Virus record (IMG/VR): IMGVR_UViG_3300006802_000519
Coordinates: 1-24,905 of that record
From: a virus
Taxonomy: Duplodnaviria > Caudoviricetes
Strand: one strand, 5' to 3'
Length of the DNA stretch: 24,905 bases
A program made the position numbers and the translations under genes. Shown here piece after piece: positions 16,019 through 23,787 of this stretch. A model generated the notes under the pieces. That model was given only the letters and a program-made list of their open reading frames with translations, was not told the DNA's origin and ran no database searches. Every line of letters starts with the position of its first letter. Position 1 is the stretch's first letter.

Positions 16019-16729
16019 TCAAACGATGGTGAAAGCACAGGTAACAAAGTCCTTGTTCAGGTTGGCAAAACCGGCGTACAGCTGCCAAATCAGGATGATA
16101 AAGCGGCTGAAATCGTCGTTATTGTTGATAAGAACCTGAGCATTTGGACCACCGATGCCCACACCAACTGCCTGAGGACCGAAGAACAGTGCAGGAGGAG
16201 TAGTGTGAGAGACAGCACCAGCAACGTCACCAATGTCAACGGTGATGGACTTGTCAGCGAAGTTGGTTGACTCGAAGAAACGAACGCCTTCGAACACAAA
16301 CCCGCTCGGCATAATGGGCTCGCCAGCAACAAACTGGGCTTGGCCGTATTGACCACCACCATAGATGGCAGCGTTAGGAGCCATTGCACCCATCATCGGG
16401 TTGGGCTGACCCATGCCAGGGTAACGAGCCACTTCGCGGAAGCCTTGATCGGCACGCAGATCCTTCATGAAGGAGGGATCAGCGATACAACGATAGTAGC
16501 CGTCAGCGAAAACAGGAACGTTGCGCTTGCGAAGTTGCTTAACAACTTCAAGCAGGTCAGTCTTAACGTTGAACTTGTAGCGCTCAGAAGCGTACTCAGT
16601 AGCAGAGTAGCTGTTGAGAACAGTGGAGCTAGAACGGGTTTTACCGTTCGGATAGTAGTAACCGCCTTGGGTGTCGGAGGATGCGCCACGGGCTTCCGTT
16701 TTGGCGAACTCATCCAAGAACACGCGATC
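16019..16729 (-). CDS. Major capsid protein, exon 2 (236 aa; spliced product 380 aa)
   Basis: DRVFLDE...GFVFEGVRFFESTN...ALFFGPQAVG...DDFSRFIILIWQLYAGF, typical of an HK97-fold/N4-gp56-like C-terminal half. In frame with exon 1 after intron removal. Confidence 0.88.
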   Translation of the reverse strand, partial: DRVFLDEFAKTEARGASSDTQGGYYYPNGKTRSSSTVLNSYSATEYASERYKFNVKTDLLEVVKQLRKRNVPVFADGYYRCIADPSFMKDLRADQGFREVARYPGMGQPNPMMGAMAPNAAIYGGGQYGQAQFVAGEPIMPSGFVFEGVRFFESTNFADKSITVDIGDVAGAVSHTTPPALFFGPQAVGVGIGGPNAQVLINNNDDFSRFIILIWQLYAGFANLNKDFVTCAFTIV

Positions 16730-17873
16730 CAATATTGTTATCCCAGTGACAGTTTAATCACTGGCTCTTGCGGTTTTCCATCCCGCAAGTTCAGACTATA
16801 TCATGATCTAGTCACGCCAACGAAAATCAAGTGCATTTACCTGACGGTCTACTGTTCTTCAGTAAAGAGGAAATAGAACATCTTACTGACAATTGGTCAG
16901 ATCTAGAAATTGCCAAAAAGTTTGACATTTCTTACGCGACAGTCAGAAAAGCACGAATAACACACAATGTAAAAACTTTCACCCAAAAAACCGGACTTGT
17001 TCGAATTGCAGAGACAGGAGAACTGCGAAAAAAAGGCAGCGTCAGAGGCGTCATTAGACAAGACAACCTAGACGTAACCTATTTCTCTGCTATTGATACT
17101 CCGAAAAAAGCATACTGGTTGGGAATGCTTCTTGCAGACGGTTGGTCTACTCTGCGAAATGGTGTGCCCAAAGAGGTGGGATTGGCTTGTTCACCAAAAG
17201 ACATTCATATTCTTCAGGAATTTCAAAAAGAAATTAACCACAAAGGCAGAATTGTCATCAAGACAAACAAAAGTTCCCTCAAAAAAGACAACATTTCACA
17301 AATAGCTACAATCAGGATTACGTGCCAAGAATTTACACGACTGGCGATTGAGGCTGGAGTTACACCCAAAAAGTCAGGGAAACTTTACATTCCCCGCTCC
17401 GTTCACGATTTCCCAGCAGAATTTTGCCGTGGATTTTTTGACGGAGACGGCTCGATCAGTGAAAAGAATTTTACATTTATTTGCGGGTCGGCAGGATTTC
17501 AAAAAGAACTACAAACATTTATTCAAACATATACGGGTGTAAATTTGTACCCAGCAGCTTTGATTAGCCCGACAACTGGAAAACCGGTTGAGAGACTAAG
17601 TGGATACAAAAAAGATCGTGGCGTTTTGGAATGGATGTATGTAGATCCTGATCCGTGTTTGGAACGCAAATACAAAAAATTCGTTGGTTCTTGGTGCTAG
17701 ATCCCCGGCGCTCGTGGGAGTATTACTGTCCGTTCTGGACTCGACTCCTAGTCGTTGCACCTTCTAAAAAATTCCTTTTTTAGCTTGGCTCAGGATTCCC
17801 CGTAGATGGAGGGGTTCCCTGAATTCACCGGGTTATTGCCTGCTTATCACTAAGCAGCGGCGCAATTGTGTTT
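16730..17873 (-). mobile_element. Group I intron (1144 nt) in the major capsid gene
   Basis: 5' exon ends in U (TGGCGT) pairing with GCGCC (P1, U-G wobble). P2 CTGCTTA/TAAGCAG. P3 CCCGGTG/CGCCGGG. P4-P5 TCAGGGAACCCC...GGGGAATCCTGA. P7 GACTA/TAGTC. P8 GATCTAG/CTAGATC. P9 CTTGCGG/CCGCAAG and CCAGTGA/TCACTGG. Terminal G at 16730. Confidence 0.93.
16831..17700 (+). CDS. LAGLIDADG homing endonuclease (two motifs, N-terminal HTH), antisense in intron loop L8
   Basis: AYWLGMLLADGW and FCRGFFDGDGSI; SDLEIAKKFDISYATVRK HTH; C-terminal CLERKY. AT-rich. Confidence 0.9.
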   Translation: MHLPDGLLFFSKEEIEHLTDNWSDLEIAKKFDISYATVRKARITHNVKTFTQKTGLVRIAETGELRKKGSVRGVIRQDNLDVTYFSAIDTPKKAYWLGMLLADGWSTLRNGVPKEVGLACSPKDIHILQEFQKEINHKGRIVIKTNKSSLKKDNISQIATIRITCQEFTRLAIEAGVTPKKSGKLYIPRSVHDFPAEFCRGFFDGDGSISEKNFTFICGSAGFQKELQTFIQTYTGVNLYPAALISPTTGKPVERLSGYKKDRGVLEWMYVDPDPCLERKYKKFVGSWC

Positions 17874-18305
17874 ACGCCAGCGTCTGTAATCATCCAGGAG
17901 GGTTAAGCTACCAATGCTCTGATGGAACATATTAAGATTGCCAGTGTCTAAAAGAAGACGCTGGGCAGTCATCAGAGTTTCGCGCGCGATCTTAAAAGTG
18001 CTCGGAAGATTAGCATTGTTAGGATCGGCAGGACCAGTGTATTCGCGAAGACTCACTAACACTTTGTCCTTGACAATCGAACGGCTGTTGGCCGTACCGA
18101 TCGTCTGATCTTGGGTGCGCTCGCGTTGAGTCTTAGTTCCCGGATTACCCCAGAAACGATAACGGTCAAGCTGGACAGTTTGTCCAGGTTGTTTAGTAAA
18201 ATCGTGGACAACTACAGGCTCTGCAGCCATCTCAACGATGTAGGCTGGATGGGGCCGATATAATTCTGCACCCAGCAGCTTGGGGAAGTCATTATCAATG
18301 AACAT
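17874..18305 (-). CDS. Major capsid protein, exon 1 (144 codons)
   Basis: MFIDNDFPKLLGAELYRP...HDFTKQPGQTVQLDRY...LREY...LLDDYRRWR. Joins DRVF after splicing. Confidence 0.88.
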
Positions 18306-18451
18306 GTTGGTATTACAGCGTAGGGTTTAGCTGATACCAGGATCTAGAAGATCCATGGTGTAATGGACCAAGAACTGGAAAATTTATTCAATTTTCAAGG
18401 TTCGCGCCATTACTGGCCTGGAACTTCCGTCCCATTGAAAAAATTATAGCA
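18306..18451 (-). promoter_or_regulatory. Extended -10 promoter and structured 5' leader of MCP
   Basis: TGCTATAAT at 18451-18443. Stem-loops at 18360-18413 and 18336-18359. Confidence 0.6.
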
Positions 18452-18480
18452 AGACTTTATCAACCTGGGTTATTGAAGTC

Positions 18481-18738
18481 TTAGCGGCCGATCATCTGCG
18501 GAGCCTGCAGGCCAGGAAGCATGTTGCCTGCTGTGTACTCGGTCGGCGCCATGGCACCTGTGTAGCGGTAAGGATTCACGTAGCCATCTGCCGGCTGAAG
18601 ATCTGCGGCGGCAGCTTGCACTTCTGGATTGATGCCAGGGGCATTTAGCTGCATCGCAACCTGCTGCGCATCTGCTGGGGCGGAACTCTTGCGGGACTTG
18701 GCTTTTTTAACAGCTTTTTTTGCTTTGGAATTGTCCAT
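18481..18738 (-). CDS. Small protein with basic N-terminus (head region)
   Basis: 85 aa. TGATG coupling with the upstream gene. Confidence 0.7.
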   Translation of the reverse strand: MDNSKAKKAVKKAKSRKSSAPADAQQVAMQLNAPGINPEVQAAAADLQPADGYVNPYRYTGAMAPTEYTAGNMLPGLQAPQMIGR

Positions 18739-19172
18739 CAGCGGCTACCTTTTTTACGGGGAGTAGGTGGTTGAATGACGATGGGCAGCTGACCGGTGGG
18801 AGGCATGTACTGCGACATCACATACTGCTCATTAGCCACAATGTTATCTTGAGCGTACTGTGCGGCATCGATAAACTGAGGCGCCAGTAGACCGTTGCGT
18901 GGTAACGGAGAACCTGGCAAATTCAACTTAATGTATGCAGAATCAAGGTCCTGTGGCATGGCAGGCTGCGGTGCACCTGGTGTTCCAACCCCAACCTGCG
19001 CTGCACCACGCAGAGCTGCATACTCATCGGTTGTTCCAAATTGAAGCTGTTGTAACAGGTCTTGAGTGCCGAATCCAGCCAGACCAGGGGCTCCAACAGG
19101 GCCTCCAGCCGTACCAAAGCCGATCAGGAATTGTTTCGCCCTGTCCCCGGCACTGGCTTTTTTTGATGCCAT
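18738..19172 (-). CDS. Hypothetical head-region protein
   Basis: ATG at 19172 (MASKKASAGDRAKQFL...). P/G/Q-rich with basic termini. Confidence 0.7.
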   Translation of the reverse strand: MASKKASAGDRAKQFLIGFGTAGGPVGAPGLAGFGTQDLLQQLQFGTTDEYAALRGAAQVGVGTPGAPQPAMPQDLDSAYIKLNLPGSPLPRNGLLAPQFIDAAQYAQDNIVANEQYVMSQYMPPTGQLPIVIQPPTPRKKGSR

Positions 19173-19191
19173 AATCAATCGCCTTTTGAAT

Positions 19192-19219
19192 AAAAAAGGG
19201 GCAGCCCTTGCTACCCCTT
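19192..19219 (-). terminator. Intrinsic terminator after the scaffold gene
   Basis: Minus strand AAGGGGTAGC-AAGG-GCTGCCCCTTTTTT. Confidence 0.78.
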
Positions 19220-19272
19220 ATTTTACAGTTACTCAGTTTTGTGATAAATGACGCTTATTCAATTTCCGAGTA

Positions 19273-20274
19273 TCACTCCATCACCAGCAGTTTCTGGCGG
19301 AACACCTCAGGGTTGGTCTGGGCAGCATTCAGATAGCGCCAGGCATTAGAGGGGTCACGTTCGGCCAGGGAGCCAAAGCTGTTCCAGAAGTCAGCAGGGT
19401 TGCCTTGTGCCTGGGGCTGAGGGGGAACAGGCATCTCAGGACGCTGCGGAGCGACAGGACGCTGGAACTGCTGGCCAACAGCTTGTGCACGGGGAGCACC
19501 GCCATAACCAATCTCCTCATCGGGAATCGGATAGGGACCATTCTCACCGAAGAACTCACAAGTATAATCTGCCAGGATGTCAGGATCGGTCAGGATCGTC
19601 TCGTAGGAACGATGCTCACCGGAGAGTTCCTGAAGCAGATTAACAGCTTCCATCAGCTGATTGTTCGTGGCAATCAGTGCATCTTCCAGTTGGCAGGAAT
19701 ACTCGTTGAGTAGGGAAGGAGCGTCAGGACCGAAGTAATCAATAACTTCAAGACTTGCTTCGCTTACTCCGTTTGCCAGGAGTTGTTCCTGGGTTATTTC
19801 CTGAGAAGTTTGGGAATAACCGCTGGAGTAATCCTGGCTGTTGTTGATCCCAGGCGTATAGGTCGGCATCCCCGCGTTGTTGTACTGGGGAACCGGCTGG
19901 GAATTGTAATTGACCGGTGCGTTTTGCGGGCTCGCGGTCGATTGTTGACCCTGGAACGGGAATTGAACTGGAGAACTCAGGAGCCCCACCACTCGGTTGA
20001 ACGCTTCCTTGTACGGATTCTCCGGTTGTGGGGACGCCTGGGGTGCCTGGGGATAGTACGGTGTAGGGCTGGATTGGTAGTTGCTGACCCCCATCTGGGC
20101 CTGCATTTGCGGGGCTGGGGCCACCGCTTGCTGGTAAGGCGCCACCCATTGTGAATTCGTTGAAACCGCCGGGGCCTGAGCCGCCGTCTGAGCCACTGGA
20201 GCCGCGTAGCTGATCGGCTGGGTCTGGGATACTTGGGGTGCCGATTGGGTCGGCATTGCGGTATCGGCCTGCAT
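19273..20274 (-). CDS. Putative capsid scaffolding protein
   Basis: GAGGT RBS then ATG. P/Q-rich disordered N-terminus, acidic helical core, compact C-terminus. Lies between portal and MCP. Confidence 0.7.
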   Translation of the reverse strand: MQADTAMPTQSAPQVSQTQPISYAAPVAQTAAQAPAVSTNSQWVAPYQQAVAPAPQMQAQMGVSNYQSSPTPYYPQAPQASPQPENPYKEAFNRVVGLLSSPVQFPFQGQQSTASPQNAPVNYNSQPVPQYNNAGMPTYTPGINNSQDYSSGYSQTSQEITQEQLLANGVSEASLEVIDYFGPDAPSLLNEYSCQLEDALIATNNQLMEAVNLLQELSGEHRSYETILTDPDILADYTCEFFGENGPYPIPDEEIGYGGAPRAQAVGQQFQRPVAPQRPEMPVPPQPQAQGNPADFWNSFGSLAERDPSNAWRYLNAAQTNPEVFRQKLLVME

Positions 20275-22009
20275 AGGTTACCTCTTTTTGTAGGCTTTCG
20301 AGAGTTCGGTAAAGGAAGGGAGTGAGATCAAGTCTCGGATCCGCAGCCATCGGTAAGTTCGGTTGCTGCGGATGTGGAGTCCTCATTTCTTGATTGATTA
20401 GATCAATGAATGAAGAGTAGGCCCTCTGTACTTCCCCTACCATTCGGAATGGGAAACCGGAGAGCATGCTCGCGATTTCGTCATCCGTTTTCGAAGGGAA
20501 TAAATACTTCAGTGCTTCAATGCTATCAACACCTAATTCTTGTAGGTTGCGAGTGAAGATAGATTGGTTCAGTTTGTCCTGTGCAGTGTCTTCATAAACG
20601 GGTCCCATCCAACGCCAGTTGACCTGACGATCACCGTCTGGCGCTAATCCAAGAACGCCATCAGGAATTTCTTTTGTTTCCAGCGCGACATCAATTGCTT
20701 TCTGTAACTTCTTCTCGTACGTTGATTTTTGTTTTTCATACTTAGCTTGAGCAGCTTCATCTTCTGAGTCTTCCGGAGGAGTTGGGTACTTAATGCCAGA
20801 GGCATACGCCATCGACTTGCGGAAGATCTGCTCCTCCTGGAAGATCATCAACTCAAAACACTTGCAGATACCATAGGTATAGAGCTGCAAGCATTTTTTC
20901 TTTGCAGTTGCACTTACGCGTCCATAAGCTGATTTAATCTCCGTAGCTGTTACGTTAGTAATACTAAGGTCGTCGATACCGCCTAAGGCAAGACGGATCT
21001 CACTACGAAGTTGTTCGGAGTACCGAGCCTGGTCTGTGCTAACAGCGTTCGGAGTAATGAAGCCGACACGATCTGTTGGCTCCAGGTTTGCGATAACACG
21101 TGGTACACGCATACCGGAACCGGGTCGTCCAATGTAGCCAGCCGGTTGCCGCGTAACGTTGTCTTGCTTGTACGTTGAACTGGAGAGAAAGAATTCAGAC
21201 TGGAACCCAGATTGACTGGAGATACTAGGACGCTGCGCCGTATCACCTTCTTGACTTTCAATGATATCTTGTTTGGGTCGAGAAGACAGAAGGGTCGGAT
21301 TACCAAAGAACGAAAGATTTGCTCGGATGTTCTTAACCATTTCATCGTGAGCAATGATCTGATTTGCCAGCCACTGAAATTCGCCAGCACCATCCGTACC
21401 AAAAGCATCAGGATTATTGAAGACCTCAACACATGGAATAAATTCCATGGTGTTAATGACAGTCTTTTTATCAAAGACGCCAAACTCCATGGACGGCATG
21501 TCAAAAGTAATCTCCTGCTCGCTATGGAACTCTTCAATTTCAGTAGCGGTGATGCGCAGACGCATGTACCGTTTATCTGTACTCAGTCCAACACCCTGGA
21601 AGCCACGCGTGGATTTAACCTTGTAAGGGTAAATGATGACGACTTCTTCTAGTTCACCGTCTGGAGAATAGTAGGTTCGATACGCATCTTTATCAAACCA
21701 GTAAAGCCGATAGGTCTTTTTTGTTGGGCGGATATAGAACAACCCTTTGCCATAGCAAAGGAAGCGATCCCAGATGGAATCCAGCCTAGCGTCAAGTTTA
21801 TTGAATTTAATAACCTGCTGGATGAAATCAAAACGCTGGGTACCGAAATTATCTTGCTCCGGATAAAACTCAACGCCTTGTCTCACGCCAAACATCTTCA
21901 TCTGAGACAAATGCGCGTTCACCAGCATGGTGTCAGCAGAACCTGTTCCGTCGCGGCTTACAACCGCCTTGAGGATAGAGTCAAGTACCGAGTTACTGCT
22001 ATCGCTCAT
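19748..22009 (-). CDS. Portal protein with long C-terminal extension
   Basis: Follows TerL. DRFLCYGKGLFYI, MEFIPCVEVFNNP, NLSFFGNP, VTATEIK and WRWMGPV motifs in the order expected for portals. Confidence 0.82.
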   Translation of the reverse strand: MSDSSNSVLDSILKAVVSRDGTGSADTMLVNAHLSQMKMFGVRQGVEFYPEQDNFGTQRFDFIQQVIKFNKLDARLDSIWDRFLCYGKGLFYIRPTKKTYRLYWFDKDAYRTYYSPDGELEEVVIIYPYKVKSTRGFQGVGLSTDKRYMRLRITATEIEEFHSEQEITFDMPSMEFGVFDKKTVINTMEFIPCVEVFNNPDAFGTDGAGEFQWLANQIIAHDEMVKNIRANLSFFGNPTLLSSRPKQDIIESQEGDTAQRPSISSQSGFQSEFFLSSSTYKQDNVTRQPAGYIGRPGSGMRVPRVIANLEPTDRVGFITPNAVSTDQARYSEQLRSEIRLALGGIDDLSITNVTATEIKSAYGRVSATAKKKCLQLYTYGICKCFELMIFQEEQIFRKSMAYASGIKYPTPPEDSEDEAAQAKYEKQKSTYEKKLQKAIDVALETKEIPDGVLGLAPDGDRQVNWRWMGPVYEDTAQDKLNQSIFTRNLQELGVDSIEALKYLFPSKTDDEIASMLSGFPFRMVGEVQRAYSSFIDLINQEMRTPHPQQPNLPMAADPRLDLTPFLYRTLESLQKEVTYAGRYRNADPIGTPSIPDPADQLRGSSGSDGGSGPGGFNEFTMGGALPASGGPSPANAGPDGGQQLPIQPYTVLSPGTPGVPTTGESVQGSVQPSGGAPEFSSSIPVPGSTIDREPAKRTGQLQFPAGSPVQQRGDADLYAWDQQQPGLLQRLFPNFSGNNPGTTPGKRSKRSKS

Positions 22010-22027
22010 TGGTGTTTAAAAATCAGA

Positions 22028-22210
22028 TTATTCTTCAATATCGTAGCCAGCGGCAATGCGTTTGAGTGTGATGATGTCATCTTCCACTTCCAGTTCAAAC
22101 CGTTCGTTAGGTTGAAGCGCCATGTCGTGGCACAGCTCATCTGGAAGCGGGATGACTGCAGAACCGTAAGCGTCCTGCTCAAGCTCTACGTTGTAATAGC
22201 TGGTGGACAT
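22028..22210 (-). CDS. AbrB/MazE/SpoVT-like DNA-binding protein
   Basis: GSAVIPLPDELCHDMALQPNERFELEVEDDIITLKR swapped-hairpin pattern. Confidence 0.75.
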   Translation of the reverse strand: MSTSYYNVELEQDAYGSAVIPLPDELCHDMALQPNERFELEVEDDIITLKRIAAGYDIEE

Positions 22211-22239
22211 TGTAAGGTGATGTCTTCAGTTTAAGTCGT

Positions 22240-23763
22240 TCAATACTCTAACTGTAGTGCGCCTCTGGTCATCAGGCCATTACAGAGCCAAATGAGAGCG
22301 TCGACACAGTCGTCGTGAGAGCTAACGCCGAAGTTAATGATTTCATCGGTCAGCGCTGTAAACCGCCTGTACTTATTGAAGATAAGTTTACGCTGCTCAA
22401 ACAGACCCATAATGCCGCGGAACCGTGCAACTTTATCACCACGGAAACCTTTAACGGCGTGCCAGTTCATGTTGTACAAACCGTGGTCACCAAGGCAAAT
22501 GCGCTTGAAGTCTGCTTCCAGGGAAGCCTGGTAGGCAACAGCCTCGGACCAAATGTCAATGTGGCTGCCGGTGGGGAAGTATTGGTTTTTGTCTTTATGA
22601 ATGACACCCCATTCTTCCATCATCTCCATCAAGGCCTCCAGCTTTTCGAGGTTACCCATGATGCGGATGCGTTTGCAATCCACGATATGAATCTTGTCGC
22701 CAACACGTCCACCCATGACGAAGACCGTGTAGTCATTACGTTCCCTAACACCAGCGGATAGATCCACGCCCACTCCAAGGGTGTCGAACTGTGTCGCGAT
22801 CGTCCCCTTAACAATCAGATCTGGAGAGAGGGACAACTCACTGGTTTGGGCAATCTGATTTTGGTACTGAAAGCTAAAAGCAATTGGTGCTTGTCGGCGG
22901 CGATCCTGCAAGTATTCCAGGGACCACATCTCAGGCCAGTATGATTCTTCATCGCCATTTTCATCGACGACGATTGCGGATTGCACCAGTTGGATCCAAT
23001 CATTTGCTGGAATAAATGTTGTTCCATGCATGTCGTCGTGACGGAACCTGGTACCAAGGCAGATCGCTCTCCCACCCTCGAACATGGTCGGCACGATAAC
23101 TGAATTCCAGTTATCCTCCATAGCCGATCGGATTTCGCGGTTTTTAATTTCGTCGGCTGACTTACAAATGTCGTCGATTAAACAGAGGTGACTTCTTTTA
23201 GAAGTAACGGCACCTTTAAGACCTGCACAACATACAGTAAATTCTTCTTCACCGGTAGATTTAATACCTGCAAACTTCCAATCAATACTCCAATATTCAT
23301 TGGAATTGATCCCTTTGGCGATCTTAACCATTGGGAATACTTCGCCGTAGGTCTTACTCTCTTCAATGATCCGTTTAATTGCAGCACTCTTTGGACGGGC
23401 AACATCAATCGTGTACGAGATGTACAGGATCTTCAGTGGCATCTTGTGAAGAGCATGCACACCAATTGTCCAGGCAGTGAACAAACCCGCAACGCTCGAC
23501 TTTGCGCTACCCCTGGGACCAAGAATATCAATGTTTGGACCAGCAATACCCTTGAGGCAAGAGGAGTCCTCACCTGTGCAGAGGTATTTGTGCCACTCCA
23601 TGTGGTGCTTAGCCGGAGGTTTATCGCCTACGACATCACAGAAATAAGCAAAATCAGTACGCGCCCTCTCAATGTCGATGTTGCTTGTTTGCTTGACGAC
23701 GCGTTTCTGCGCAGCAGCACGAGCTGTTCTGCGGTAAACGGAATAGATGTTAGTCCCTGCCAT
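22240..23763 (-). CDS. terL: Terminase large subunit
   Basis: Walker A GPRGSAKS, Walker B LCLIDD, GTRFRHDD, FQYQNQ. Nuclease GVDLS...DYTV...HDDCVDAL. Confidence 0.95.
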   Translation of the reverse strand: MAGTNIYSVYRRTARAAAQKRVVKQTSNIDIERARTDFAYFCDVVGDKPPAKHHMEWHKYLCTGEDSSCLKGIAGPNIDILGPRGSAKSSVAGLFTAWTIGVHALHKMPLKILYISYTIDVARPKSAAIKRIIEESKTYGEVFPMVKIAKGINSNEYWSIDWKFAGIKSTGEEEFTVCCAGLKGAVTSKRSHLCLIDDICKSADEIKNREIRSAMEDNWNSVIVPTMFEGGRAICLGTRFRHDDMHGTTFIPANDWIQLVQSAIVVDENGDEESYWPEMWSLEYLQDRRRQAPIAFSFQYQNQIAQTSELSLSPDLIVKGTIATQFDTLGVGVDLSAGVRERNDYTVFVMGGRVGDKIHIVDCKRIRIMGNLEKLEALMEMMEEWGVIHKDKNQYFPTGSHIDIWSEAVAYQASLEADFKRICLGDHGLYNMNWHAVKGFRGDKVARFRGIMGLFEQRKLIFNKYRRFTALTDEIINFGVSSHDDCVDALIWLCNGLMTRGALQLEY

Positions 23764-23787
23764 GCCCGTAGCATAGCCTATAAATCC

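Noticed and set aside
16831-17700. Intein interpretation of the LAGLIDADG ORF
   Set aside because: It is on the opposite strand to the host gene, has no intein splicing termini, and is flanked by ribozyme helices.
16019-18305. Treating ORFs 17850..18305 and 16019..16732 as two genes or a pseudogene
   Set aside because: The TTG 'start' at 16732 is the intron 3' end and the KHNCAAA tail is intron sequence. Splicing restores one frame.
20270-20295. Programmed frameshift fusing portal to scaffold at CAAAAAGAGG
   Set aside because: The scaffold is in the +1 frame with a TAA two codons before its ATG, and it has its own RBS. No canonical slippery heptamer leads into it.
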